Source: a virus (Duplodnaviria; Heunggongvirae; Uroviricota; Caudoviricetes). From it: a DNA stretch of 64,000 nt. This document shows, one piece after another, positions 8,799 through 18,466 of the stretch. The position numbers and the translations under genes were made by a program. The DNA lies in IMG/VR virus record IMGVR_UViG_3300045988_009603; one strand, 5' to 3'. Position 1 is the stretch's first letter; each line of letters opens with the position of its first letter. The notes under the pieces were generated by a model, which worked only from the letters and a program-made list of their open reading frames with translations, made no database searches and was not told the origin of the DNA.

Positions 8799-10580
8799 TT
8801 AAAGCTGCTTGTCAATATTATTTCGAATATCACCAAGAGATGTGTAACCGAACTGCTCAGAGTCACTAAAGACTAAACGTAAAGCACAAGCTGGATGTTC
8901 AAGCACATCTGCAAAGCTCTGGAATCCATAGCCATCTACAGCTTGCAGCTTATCACCATCCCACATAGGTGCTACACCACCAAAAGCAGACTTCTTAACA
9001 CCACTATCTGTTTTAGGGTCTTTTGCAAGCATAATCTCTTTACCGCCAATGCTTGCAAGAGTTGCTTTGACAGCAAATGCAAAGGTGTCACGAGTCATGT
9101 ACTGGTAAGTGTAAGAACCTACACCAAACACTACGTTAGAGCTTGCAAAACCCATTTCATACAAACGCTTCAAGATTTCGTTTGCACGTTCCAACGTGAT
9201 AGAGTCACCATAAATAAGTCCGATGTGCTCATCCAGTACTTTAAAACCTTTAGAGTTGATAGTTCCCCCAAAGATGTTATACAGTGTCTTGATAGCTCCA
9301 TCAATCTCTGCTACAGGACGTGTTACAACGTTTGCAGAACCAACCATATAAGCGTTTTTCAACATCACTGTATCAGCAACTTCAAAGTCTTCTCTGTCAA
9401 CAACCATTTCGTAGCCTTCTGACAGTAGCCACCCAGCAATACCATAGTTGATGTTTTCAAGCTTCATGTTCAGAACAGCATTCAACATTGTGTCGCTGGC
9501 TTCCAGCTTGCTTAGGTGTTCGTAATAAGATTTTTTAGCGCACTCTAAATGGATTGCTTTGTATCCTGTGACAATATGTACAGGGTCTCCAGAGTCAGGA
9601 CGGATTACCAGTTTACCATCACGTTCCATAATCTCTTTACGAAGTGCTGGTAAGATTTCTGATACAGTTCTCCAGAAATTATAAGTGTCTGAAACAACAC
9701 TTGCAATACCAGTTGGGTAAGTTTCTGTTAAGAAACGACGGAAGGTTTGTAACTCACCTTTAAAGCGTCTTTCTTCTTCAACCAACTCGTTACCACCTTC
9801 CCAAGCAATGTTTGCACACATTACAGAGTGTTCAGTGGCTGGTACAGAACCACCAATATCAGAGATTGGGTAAGATTGTCCGTAGATGCGTTTAGCTGTA
9901 TATACAGCAGGGAAGCTATCAGTCCCTTTAAAGCTGGTTAAGTGGCCTACAGCGTTAAATGCGTCATCGGTAAAGCCAGACATACCACGCATAGCAAAGT
10001 CATGGCACTGATAAGGTAAATGCAAGGTATTGTCGCAAGTAAGGTCAGCCCACTTCTTACAGATACGTTTGTAGTGCAATGCAATAGTTGCAATGGTACA
10101 AGCCTTCCAAATCTCAGCAGAGAAAGCATCTTCAAGATACCCCGCTACCCAATGGAAACCTGAAACAGTGTTCTGGAAGATAATCATTGGTACACGCATA
10201 GGGACAACTGTGCCTTCTTCTACAGCGTATACTTCAACTGGTAGATAACCTAAGTCGTGAAGTGCTTCCCAATGTTCTCGACCAATAGCATCTTTACCCA
10301 GAACACCGTTCATGACTTCTAAGATTTCGTCAATTGCTTCTTTTTTGTCACGTTCAAAGAAAGTGGCGTTCCAATGGTCTATCAAGTAATCTTTAACGAA
10401 ACGTTGAATACCAAAAGCCACTACACCGTCAATTGCTAAAGGACTGTTAAACCATTTATCACTACGTGGTGTCAGGTTCAACATAAGATATTGCGTAGCA
10501 TCTGGATACTGATATACATGTGATGCCTTGTAAGCATCTGCATTAAGACCTGCTGGTACTGCATAAAGTGATTTAGTCAT
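8799..10580 (-). CDS. nadV: nicotinamide phosphoribosyltransferase (NAMPT/NadV)
   Basis: 593 aa; length and overall conservation typical of NAMPT family; adjacent to prs. Confidence 0.75.
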   Translation of the reverse strand: MTKSLYAVPAGLNADAYKASHVYQYPDATQYLMLNLTPRSDKWFNSPLAIDGVVAFGIQRFVKDYLIDHWNATFFERDKKEAIDEILEVMNGVLGKDAIGREHWEALHDLGYLPVEVYAVEEGTVVPMRVPMIIFQNTVSGFHWVAGYLEDAFSAEIWKACTIATIALHYKRICKKWADLTCDNTLHLPYQCHDFAMRGMSGFTDDAFNAVGHLTSFKGTDSFPAVYTAKRIYGQSYPISDIGGSVPATEHSVMCANIAWEGGNELVEEERRFKGELQTFRRFLTETYPTGIASVVSDTYNFWRTVSEILPALRKEIMERDGKLVIRPDSGDPVHIVTGYKAIHLECAKKSYYEHLSKLEASDTMLNAVLNMKLENINYGIAGWLLSEGYEMVVDREDFEVADTVMLKNAYMVGSANVVTRPVAEIDGAIKTLYNIFGGTINSKGFKVLDEHIGLIYGDSITLERANEILKRLYEMGFASSNVVFGVGSYTYQYMTRDTFAFAVKATLASIGGKEIMLAKDPKTDSGVKKSAFGGVAPMWDGDKLQAVDGYGFQSFADVLEHPACALRLVFSDSEQFGYTSLGDIRNNIDKQL

Positions 10581-10589
10581 CTTTTAATC

Positions 10590-10618
10590 TCTCTCAAAAT
10601 GGGGCTTGAAAGCCCCCT
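10590..10618 (-). terminator. hairpin terminator downstream of prs
   Basis: GGGGCT-TGAA-AGCCCC stem-loop followed by U-rich tract on minus strand. Confidence 0.35.
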
Positions 10619-10626
10619 ATAAAGTT

Positions 10627-11526
10627 TTAATCAAGGTTTGCTACAGTAACTTGACCATAATGTGTTAAACCACGGTCTTTAGCTTCCCCTAAAGAGTTTG
10701 TAGTGTAGATGTGGTCAATACCATTGTCAAGAAGGTTTTCAACCCCTTTAGAGAAGATACCATGTGTTACATAGAGTTCCACACGTTTTGCACCTGCTTC
10801 ACGAAGATGTTTAGCTGCTTCTATGAAGGTTCGACCGCCATCACAGATGTCGTCGAGAATCATAACAGTTTTATCGGTCAAATCAACATCATCAAGGATT
10901 CGCATACCAGTAATTTCACCAGTTTTGAGGTTACGTACTTTAGACATTGTGATGTATGGCTTATCCACCTCTTTAGCAGTTTCTGCAATCTTCTTAGAAG
11001 CACCTGCATCTGGGGCTACTAAGTAATCAACCAGTGGGTCATTTGCATAGTGGACTGCAATTTCATTTTGAGGAATACTTTGGAAGCAGTTAAACAGGTT
11101 ATCTGGTACATAACTGTGAGGGTCAACTGCACAGACTGCACCAAACCCCATTGCATTGACCTGTTTAGCAAAAACCTTTAAAGCTGCTGCATCACCTTTA
11201 AACATGTGACGGTCATATCGTGCATTTGGTAAGTAGTAAAAAATGACAGTCTTTAAGGCATAGTCATGAGGGACTAAATCATCAATTGCTTCTTTAGCAA
11301 GTGCCACAGCAAACAATGTGTCCTTGTCATAACCTTTCACAATAATAATCACATTGTTGATAGACGATGCTGCATAAGCAGTAAAATCAACAAGCTCTTG
11401 TGAAAAATGTCCACCAATCTCACCAGAAGGGAATTGGATGATGTTAAACTCTTCTTCATGAGTTCCTTTAGTCGGTGAATGAACTGTAACACGGATAGAT
11501 GTTTTCATAGTTTCTCTCTTAGTCAA
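10627..11526 (-). CDS. prs: ribose-phosphate pyrophosphokinase (PRPP synthetase)
   Basis: 299 aa; PRPP-binding loop VMILDDICDGGRTF; typical Prs length. Confidence 0.75.
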   Translation of the reverse strand: MTKRETMKTSIRVTVHSPTKGTHEEEFNIIQFPSGEIGGHFSQELVDFTAYAASSINNVIIIVKGYDKDTLFAVALAKEAIDDLVPHDYALKTVIFYYLPNARYDRHMFKGDAAALKVFAKQVNAMGFGAVCAVDPHSYVPDNLFNCFQSIPQNEIAVHYANDPLVDYLVAPDAGASKKIAETAKEVDKPYITMSKVRNLKTGEITGMRILDDVDLTDKTVMILDDICDGGRTFIEAAKHLREAGAKRVELYVTHGIFSKGVENLLDNGIDHIYTTNSLGEAKDRGLTHYGQVTVANLD

Positions 11527-11797
11527 AAGTTACGTTTGTTACTGCCATTGCAGATTTGCATTTTGCAGGGTCTACAACGTGATAAAGTACACTACAGTTA
11601 CCTGTGCTGTCTGGTACAGGCTTTACCCATTGATGCTTTATAGTTGGCTCTCCTAAGTCTTTGTAAGAACCATCTGTAAAGTTGTTTACCATCTCAAGTG
11701 CAATTGGTTCTGGAACATGACCACGTATCATGTACATCTCACAACCATTACCACCTTCACTGACTAATGGTAAAATCTCCCACTTTTCTTTAGCCAT
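11519..11797 (-). CDS. hypothetical protein
   Basis: 92 aa ORF. Confidence 0.35.
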   Translation of the reverse strand: MAKEKWEILPLVSEGGNGCEMYMIRGHVPEPIALEMVNNFTDGSYKDLGEPTIKHQWVKPVPDSTGNCSVLYHVVDPAKCKSAMAVTNVTFD

Positions 11798-12305
11798 TGT
11801 AAGTTGCCCTATAAACTGTCTCGAACTTCAACAGGAGAGATATTGCCAAATCTGTATAGTTGTTGTCAAGCACATCTGGCATATTATTTTTGATATATTT
11901 CTCTTGCTCTTCATAGGTCATCTTAGGGGTGCTTAAAAGATTATCCCCTTGCTTCTGGTTATCAAGTTTAGTCTGGATAAACCAGTTTGCACAGTGGTGC
12001 TCACCACCCTTTGTAACAGGTTTGTGGTGGCCTAATGTGAAGGATTGACTACCTGTATATCTGCAAAGTTTATTGAGTACTGTAATGGTGTTCTTCACAA
12101 CAAAACATTCATACAGGTTGTCTATGGTGTAGTATGGGTAATATCGGAATAATACTCTTTCACGAGTACTCTCACGATTCCAGAGAATCATGTGATTGGA
12201 GTTGGAAGGGTCATATTGGTGGGAGTCAATGAACTCTTGACGTTCCTCAAAGCTGAGCCTTAACACTGACATTGCAGCCGAACGTTTCAGGTTTGACAGG
12301 TACAT
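11790..12305 (-). CDS. hypothetical protein with HNH-like His-rich motif
   Basis: LGHHKPVTKGGEHHCANW resembles the HH..P..GG..N core of HNH nucleases; weak. Confidence 0.3.
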   Translation of the reverse strand: MYLSNLKRSAAMSVLRLSFEERQEFIDSHQYDPSNSNHMILWNRESTRERVLFRYYPYYTIDNLYECFVVKNTITVLNKLCRYTGSQSFTLGHHKPVTKGGEHHCANWFIQTKLDNQKQGDNLLSTPKMTYEEQEKYIKNNMPDVLDNNYTDLAISLLLKFETVYRATYNG

Positions 12306-12316
12306 ATTGTCTCCAA

Positions 12317-12344
12317 AATAAAAAAGGGAACCTTTACAGTTCCC
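12317..12344 (-). terminator. intrinsic terminator
   Basis: GGGAAC-loop-GTTCCC hairpin followed by long A-run on plus strand. Confidence 0.5.
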
Positions 12345-12357
12345 TAATCATAGACTC

Positions 12358-12669
12358 TTACTGAACTAATTTCAATACTTTGAAGAAACCTTCTTCGCCA
12401 ATTGCATCATAGACCTTTTCAGTTGGCTTGATAAGGTTGTTCAAGCAGATTATTTTCTTACGTTTCTTATCATAAGAGAGTTTAAGCTGCTTCAGCTCTT
12501 TATCATCTTCAGGGTGCTCATTGTACATCTTTACAGCCTCTTTGAAGCTAATGTAACCGCCACCAAGAGTAAGGAAACCTGTGCCACAATAATGTGAATT
12601 GTGTTTATCAGCCATAAACTGACACAGAACAGAAATCTGAATTTTACGGGTGTTATAAATCTTTTCCAT
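12358..12669 (-). CDS. hypothetical protein
   Basis: 103 aa ORF. Confidence 0.35.
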   Translation of the reverse strand: MEKIYNTRKIQISVLCQFMADKHNSHYCGTGFLTLGGGYISFKEAVKMYNEHPEDDKELKQLKLSYDKKRKKIICLNNLIKPTEKVYDAIGEEGFFKVLKLVQ

Positions 12670-12680
12670 TTTAGTTATCC

Positions 12681-12929
12681 TTACTTGTTGCGTTTACGGT
12701 TACGAGCTTTCTTAGCTGCCCGTTTAATAGCTGCTGCACCAGTTGGTCGATGTGCTTGTTTCTTACCACCTTTACCACGGCCTACATAGATACTTTTCAT
12801 AATCTCATTAGCCAACTTCTCATCCATCTTGAAGTTCTGCATGAGATGAGTCACATCAACACCAGTGAGCATACCTAGTGATGCCAGTGCTGCTTTTACT
12901 TTTGATTTAAAACTGTTCCAGATTCCCAT
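12681..12929 (-). CDS. hypothetical basic protein
   Basis: 82 aa, Lys/Arg-rich C-terminus. Confidence 0.3.
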   Translation of the reverse strand: MGIWNSFKSKVKAALASLGMLTGVDVTHLMQNFKMDEKLANEIMKSIYVGRGKGGKKQAHRPTGAAAIKRAAKKARNRKRNK

Positions 12930-13198
12930 TTCTTATCTCTCTCAATCTTTTCACAAAATGTTTTAAGTTCTTCTTCAGTGACACCAACAACACTGTCACC
13001 AACGTTTAAATTTGTTCTATAGAACATTGTAAAGTGGCCTTTACCAATAACTTCAAATGTTCCAGCCTTCTCAATCTCTGCTAAGGCTTCCATTCCAACA
13101 TTACCGAAGAGTGAGTTTGTATACTTTTTCCACTCATCAAGGAGTTCGGTCTTAACCTTATAAGTGCCTAATAGGGCACTGTTGAAAGAGATAATCAT
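12896..13198 (-). CDS. hypothetical protein
   Basis: Trimmed from tracked ORF 12896..13354; AAGGTGAG RBS before internal ATG (MIISFNS...); longer form would overlap nrdG by >100 nt. Confidence 0.35.
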   Translation of the reverse strand: MIISFNSALLGTYKVKTELLDEWKKYTNSLFGNVGMEALAEIEKAGTFEVIGKGHFTMFYRTNLNVGDSVVGVTEEELKTFCEKIERDKKWESGTVLNQK

Positions 13199-13235
13199 TA
13201 TCTCACCTTTTCCGTAGCCAATTTTACGGCGAGAT

Positions 13236-13721
13236 TTATTCTGCTCGCCATTGACAATCACCTTGCCACCCATACTCTTTTCTCCAGAGGTTTTGGTTAT
13301 CAGAACCACGATATGGTTTAACTGTTGGTTTAGATGAATCATACTTACCATCAATCACCACGTCAACATATTTCATCACATCAAGGTGGATTTTTTCGTG
13401 TAACTGAAAACCTGTCCAAAGCCATATAGACTTTTCTGGATAAACAGTTTTAATACGCTTGCATATGTTGGTGACTTCTTGAATGTTTCTGTCATCCAGA
13501 GGCTCCCCACCAAGTATTGACAGCCCACTGATAGCATTATCATCCATTAACTTAATAATGCCATAGAGGTTTGCATAAGTAAACTCTTTACCAGCATTAA
13601 ATTTCCAAGACTCCCTGTTAAAGCAGCCTTCACAGTGATGTTTGCAGCCAGCTACGAAGAGGCTTACACGAACCCCTTCACCATTAGCTGTGTCAAATGG
13701 TCTAATCTCCATGTAATTCAT
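13236..13721 (-). CDS. nrdG: anaerobic ribonucleotide reductase activating protein (radical SAM)
   Basis: Cys cluster VAGCKHHCEGCFN typical of NrdG; 161 aa. Confidence 0.7.
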   Translation of the reverse strand: MNYMEIRPFDTANGEGVRVSLFVAGCKHHCEGCFNRESWKFNAGKEFTYANLYGIIKLMDDNAISGLSILGGEPLDDRNIQEVTNICKRIKTVYPEKSIWLWTGFQLHEKIHLDVMKYVDVVIDGKYDSSKPTVKPYRGSDNQNLWRKEYGWQGDCQWRAE

Positions 13722-13756
13722 CTAGTTACCTCACCAATATTATTTAAGCCTTTTAC

Positions 13757-14152
13757 TCATTCAAACACCACCTGACAAGGAACTTGTTTAGTAATAAATT
13801 CTTCACAGTGTTCTTTAATGAAGTTTTGTAATGGCACACAGTCTTGTGCACAAGTCATTAGCATAATGTACTCTGGATTCATAATATTTTCAATGGTGTA
13901 GAAGACAACATTGTCAAATAATTCATGACCGTCTTCTTCAGACCAAGTTCCAGTGACTATAGCTAATTTGTCAAGCAATTCATTAGGCAACGCTACACCA
14001 TCTTCTACGGAATCACTTAGAACGTTGTCACCTATGTACAATGTGAAGACCGTATGAAATGTTGAGTATCTTACGTGATTCTTTTCACAAGAGCCACACT
14101 CTGAGGCGTAATCTTTAATCCACTCTAACTGTTTTTTGTTCAACTTAATCAT
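13757..14152 (-). CDS. hypothetical protein
   Basis: 131 aa ORF. Confidence 0.35.
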   Translation of the reverse strand: MIKLNKKQLEWIKDYASECGSCEKNHVRYSTFHTVFTLYIGDNVLSDSVEDGVALPNELLDKLAIVTGTWSEEDGHELFDNVVFYTIENIMNPEYIMLMTCAQDCVPLQNFIKEHCEEFITKQVPCQVVFE

Positions 14153-14364
14153 AATTTCACCTTAGTTGGTAATGCACTGAATGCTATAGCTAACCCTAAA
14201 AATGGTTTGAAGCATGACCATAAATCCATTTGTCCATGATATGATAAACTCCATTGTGGGTCTGAAAAACCCCATACCATAACACTAACCCCAAAGAAGA
14301 AGATTGCTATGTATAGTATGGGTGCTAATACCCTTAAGAGTGTTGTCATTATTAATTCCACCAT
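14149..14364 (-). CDS. small membrane protein
   Basis: 71 aa, hydrophobic. Confidence 0.3.
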   Translation of the reverse strand: MVELIMTTLLRVLAPILYIAIFFFGVSVMVWGFSDPQWSLSYHGQMDLWSCFKPFLGLAIAFSALPTKVKL

Positions 14365-14738
14365 ATAGTTTTACCATTATCACATGTGTAAAGATACTCT
14401 ACAGAAGTTTGTGGGACAAGTATAGTGGTGTTCCCACTAAGTACACTCACAAAATAAGTAGCCTCACGATGTTGATGAGTTTTTACACAATGGTTTGCCT
14501 CCATCCATATCACAGTTTTGTATGAATAGAACACCGCCAAGACACAAAGTGTAATAACCCCAACTATCATGGCAAACTCAGGCAAAAAATCTGACTGTAT
14601 GATGTCTCTAAATCTCATTATTCCAAGAATAAATAAGATTATCAGACATACAATCCCACAAACTGCTACATAAAGCCACAAGTCCATAATGCAACTCCAA
14701 AGAAAAAGGTGATGTAAGCCTATCAAGAACCACATCAC
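14352..14738 (-). CDS. membrane protein
   Basis: 128 aa with multiple hydrophobic segments. Confidence 0.3.
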   Translation of the reverse strand: MMWFLIGLHHLFLWSCIMDLWLYVAVCGIVCLIILFILGIMRFRDIIQSDFLPEFAMIVGVITLCVLAVFYSYKTVIWMEANHCVKTHQHREATYFVSVLSGNTTILVPQTSVEYLYTCDNGKTIWWN

Positions 14739-14759
14739 CTTGTCAAGTTTTACATAAGG

Positions 14760-15317
14760 TTATTTTTTCTTACAATTGTCAAAATGATATCGAGTCATGT
14801 TACCAGCACCACCAGTCATACCACAATGAGGGCAAGTTTTCTTTTTCTTTGGCTTTTTTCCGGCTTCTGACATCTTCTTCCTTGTTTCTATAGACCTTTT
14901 ACAACCTTTTGATTTTGTATTGCCTATTTGAGATTCTCCTAACCGTCTTCGATGTTCTTCAGTGAAAACCCTACCTTTATTCACAATAGATAGAGCTTTC
15001 GAGTTCAAAGCCCTTACCTTTTCATAGTCTCTGGATGATATTTTCCTATCTAGGCCATCATGGGCTAACCTGTTCCATGCAAACCATAACTTATGATTGT
15101 TTGGATACATCTTAACCAGTAATTTATGAGCTATATAATGCTCTCTAGGTGTAAGTAAAGCAATATTATCTCCACTAATTTTATCGCCACCTAGACATAC
15201 TGGTGTGATATGGTGTCTTTCATAACCCTTACCTTGACATTTGTAGTATGTAAGAGGCACACCCCTTTCAGAATGTGCCTTCTTAATAATTGCATTATAT
15301 ATTAGTTCGTAATTCAT
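14760..15317 (-). CDS. free-standing HNH homing endonuclease
   Basis: HNH core ERHHITPVCLGGDKISGDNIALLTPREHYIAH; Lys-rich C-terminus with CPHCG; alternative start at 15368 overlaps nrdD 3' end. Confidence 0.6.
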   Translation of the reverse strand: MNYELIYNAIIKKAHSERGVPLTYYKCQGKGYERHHITPVCLGGDKISGDNIALLTPREHYIAHKLLVKMYPNNHKLWFAWNRLAHDGLDRKISSRDYEKVRALNSKALSIVNKGRVFTEEHRRRLGESQIGNTKSKGCKRSIETRKKMSEAGKKPKKKKTCPHCGMTGGAGNMTRYHFDNCKKK

Positions 15318-15324
15318 TTGTATG

Positions 15325-16272
15325 CTACATAGAAACCCTATCCTTAATTTCTGCCATCTTAGCGTCATTCATTCGAGACTGACCTTTAATTTTTGTGAAT
15401 GACAAGTACCCGCACACCCTGTTAATCACAGAGATGTCATGTGAATGGCAAACCTCACATTCTTCAACATCAGCCTTTGGTCTGTTACCACAATGTTCAC
15501 AGATTGCTAAGTCAAAGTTAAGTCCCTGATAGAAGCCTTTCAACATCCCTCTTGTAATACAACTTTTAAGTGCTGGTAAGTTTTCTGGGTTAGCTACCCT
15601 TACATACTGGATTCTGCCACCTCTACAAATATGGAAGAATGGTTCTTCTAAGTCCTGCTTCTCAAATGGTGAGATATCTGCTGCAACATTCATATGAAAA
15701 CTGTTTGTAAAGTATTCCTTATCAGAAACACCTTTGATAACGCCAAACATATCTCTGAACTGTTTTAGTTGAGTCCCACAAAGTGATTCTGCTGGAGTAC
15801 CATATACCGCATATAAGAAGCCATCTTCATTCTTAAACTCTTCAGTTTTCATGTTAATGTATGCCAGAACATCGTATGCAAAACTACAGCTTCCAACTTC
15901 ATGAAGTCGTTTACCCTCAGCAAGAACAGATAACTCATCAAGCGCAGTAACACCAAAAGAAGCTGTGAAAGACTTCACAATATCCCAGCCAACCTTGTCA
16001 GTAGGTTTCTTAGTCCCTTTGTACAGACCACCTTGTGTGAATGCAAGAGGGTTAGAGCTTGCTGGCATATTAGCAATCATTTCGTAGCGTTTCTTGTGGA
16101 AGCTGCGAATCATCTCTAGGTACTTATCAAGCTCTTTCCAGAAATCTAAGCCATTCTCTTTAGAATACTGGTAAATCATTGGTAAGTTCAAAGATACAGC
16201 ACCAATGTTAGCACGACCTACATAAAACTCTTCACCATCTTCGTTATGGTATGGTGATAAAAACGCTCTACA
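15325..16272 (-). CDS. nrdD: anaerobic ribonucleoside-triphosphate reductase, exon 2
   Basis: Glycyl-radical motif RVCGYLS and C-terminal Zn site CEHCGN...CEVCH; frame is open upstream of the tracked start back to the proposed 3' splice site. Confidence 0.7.
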   Translation of the reverse strand, partial: CRAFLSPYHNEDGEEFYVGRANIGAVSLNLPMIYQYSKENGLDFWKELDKYLEMIRSFHKKRYEMIANMPASSNPLAFTQGGLYKGTKKPTDKVGWDIVKSFTASFGVTALDELSVLAEGKRLHEVGSCSFAYDVLAYINMKTEEFKNEDGFLYAVYGTPAESLCGTQLKQFRDMFGVIKGVSDKEYFTNSFHMNVAADISPFEKQDLEEPFFHICRGGRIQYVRVANPENLPALKSCITRGMLKGFYQGLNFDLAICEHCGNRPKADVEECEVCHSHDISVINRVCGYLSFTKIKGQSRMNDAKMAEIKDRVSM

Positions 16273-17014
16273 CTTGTTGTTCAGGTAAGTTCGCTACGCT
16301 TACCCCGCTTTATTCAAGCTGCTTACTGTCACCAGTAAGTCCAGACTATATCTTCTACTTATTTCTAAGTAGCGTACCATTTCGAGTCGCTTGACCCTAC
16401 ACCGCTACATTCATCACGGTTAGTCGTTTGGCATTTAGATGTACTCAAATTCATGTTCAAAGTTATTATATTCTTTTACACCCTTCAGTATTGAAGAGAT
16501 AGTCTTGCGATTATACCCAAGTATCTTGGATAACTCTCGTATCGAGTTCGCAACAATAACTTCTTTTGTTACTTTGTGTGTAGCCTTCACAGCATATGAA
16601 CGCTTACAAAACTTGTAGCAACCATTCTCATAACCTTCTTTAACATTCTCAGAATGAGTTCCCCATTCTAAGTTAGAAGCATGGTTATTCAGTTTGTTGT
16701 CATCTTTGTGTTTTACAATTGGAAGATTGTTCGGGTTAGGTACATATTTCTCAGCAACTAACCTATGAACATACATGTCACGATTCTTCTTACCGTAAAA
16801 CCTCACTTTCATATACCCAGTGTTGGATTTCCACTGCTTAAGTTCTACACCATTTTTCCTAAAGACTCTTCCATCTTCAGTAACATGATAATTTGGCATG
16901 TAATACTCCTATGTTATATAGTTTCTTACATCGTACATCATTTAGCACAGGATTGTCTACATCTGTAGAGTTTCCCTGTTTAGGCACGTTTTAGATGAGC
17001 TATAGAGCTTGTTA
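16273..17014 (-). mobile_element. group I intron in nrdD carrying an HNH endonuclease ORF
   Basis: Minus-strand P-like (AAACAGGGAAAC), Q-like (AATCCTGTG), S-like (AGATATAGTC) elements; P1 pairing exon ATGGGT with intron GCTCAT giving U.G at the 5' splice site; intron ends in G; spliced junction reads ...ISPMG|CRAFLSPY... Confidence 0.65.
16435..16899 (-). CDS. intron-encoded HNH-type homing endonuclease
   Basis: Motif HRLVAEKYVPNPNNLPIVKHKDDNKLNNHASNLEWGTHSEN; located between intron Q and R elements. Confidence 0.65.
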   Translation of the reverse strand: MPNYHVTEDGRVFRKNGVELKQWKSNTGYMKVRFYGKKNRDMYVHRLVAEKYVPNPNNLPIVKHKDDNKLNNHASNLEWGTHSENVKEGYENGCYKFCKRSYAVKATHKVTKEVIVANSIRELSKILGYNRKTISSILKGVKEYNNFEHEFEYI

Positions 17015-18211
17015 ACCCATCGGTGAAATTACCTTGCCAGAACGCTCAAAAGCCTCTGCTACAGCACCATGACCAGATACACTTAAGAAATCTGGATACA
17101 TAGCTTTAGAGCAACACTCTATAGCTTTTTCAAACAACCTTGCTTGGCATACATCAAGCTTATGTCTTGTCTCTTCATAGATATACACAAGTTTAGGGAA
17201 CACCACAGGTTTTTTGCTTTTACCTTGCCCATTCATTCTTACATTAAGAATTGTATTAGCAATCATAAACTGAAGACGGTTATCTTCATTGTGCATATCT
17301 GGTTCCAGCAAACCAAATGTCAGAGTAGTAAATGCAAAATCACCGCGACTGCAAGGAACAGTGTTAAGTTTCATTTCAAGAGATTGGAAACCCTGTGTTA
17401 ACTCATTCTGTAGTTGTTCCATTACGTAATTATAGTGTTGCTCTTTAGGGATTCCGTACTCTTCAGCTTTCTCTGAATGGTACACTAAAGACTTCTTAGC
17501 ATACGGTACAAGCACCTTATCAATCTCTGCTAAAGTAAATCCACCAAATTGCTGTGCAGTTGCTGAAAGAACTACATCACCAATAACCTGTAAGGCTGAC
17601 AGCACAGACTTTGGTTCACAGTATTCAATGCCAGACATTTCAAAGCCACCTTTTAGTACTTTACCAATGTCAAACAGGCAACAGTTGATACCACCAAAAA
17701 TTAGGTCTCTTAAGTCATGGATGTAGATAAATCCTTTTTCAATGGCTTCAAGTTCCTCTGGTGTTAAATGGTACTGTTTAAAGATTTCTTTAGTCAGGTA
17801 ACCACGAATAATTGAACCTTTTGTAGAAATTAAACTGCTGTCAAAGTTAGCATTTTCACGGTCACCTAAGAAGAGTGTGTCTTTAGTCTTCTGGTAAAGC
17901 TCATCCCAATTTTGAGCAACCTCTTTACGGTAATTTCTATATGTTGAGTAAGACTCATAAATCTCGTGATTTACTTCTGCCAAAGCACCCTCAACAATGC
18001 TGTGAATATCGTTTACTGAGATGAGCAAATTATTCTGCTTAGTGGACTTTACCAGAATCCTCATAAATGCTGATTCAAGAGCTTGGGTAACATCTGGTGG
18101 CAGTTCTTTATATCCAACCCTGTTAGCTGACTTAGTTACTGCTGCTAAAACTTTTTTGATATCCGGTTCTTCAAGTGAGCCATTCTTTTTAATAATTTGT
18201 ACTTTGTTCAT
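17015..18211 (-). CDS. nrdD: anaerobic ribonucleoside-triphosphate reductase, exon 1
   Basis: 399 aa ORF read as the N-terminal part of NrdD; its tracked stop lies inside the intron. Confidence 0.7.
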
Positions 18212-18230
18212 TATTGCCCCTTTACATGCT

Positions 18231-18256
18231 AAAAAGGTCTCCGAAGAGACCCTTTC
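18231..18256. terminator. bidirectional hairpin terminator (GGTCTC-CGAA-GAGACC)
   Basis: Perfect stem-loop with flanking A-run and T-run. Confidence 0.4.
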
Positions 18257-18259
18257 ATT

Positions 18260-18466
18260 TTAAATCTTTTTAGAAAACTTCGAAAAGAGTTCTCTTAGTT
18301 TTTCAGTGATACCTAACTGTATTTCTAATATTTCAAAGATAACCCATAGTAACATGGCTCCGAACAACGAACCTTGTTCAAAATCAGTAAATAGGTTAAC
18401 AACAAGCATACCAATCACAATAACTGGTGCATCAACAACCAAACCTTCCCAAAGGCGTTTAAGCAT
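18260..18466 (-). CDS. small membrane protein
   Basis: 68 aa, two hydrophobic segments. Confidence 0.3.
   Translation of the reverse strand: MLKRLWEGLVVDAPVIVIGMLVVNLFTDFEQGSLFGAMLLWVIFEILEIQLGITEKLRELFSKFSKKI

Noticed and set aside
8895-11026. Plus-strand ORFs inside nadV and prs (8895..9422, 10711..11022, 10823..11026)
   Set aside because: Antisense to two well-supported enzyme genes; no start signals.
12896-13354. Long 152 aa form of the ORF overlapping the nrdG 3' end
   Set aside because: Would overlap nrdG by more than 100 nt; an internal ATG with AAGGTGAG RBS gives a compact 100 aa gene.
16273-17014. Intein or split-gene explanation for the interrupted nrdD
   Set aside because: The intervening sequence is out of frame with both exons, contains stops, and shows group I intron elements and P1 pairing; an intein would be an in-frame insertion.
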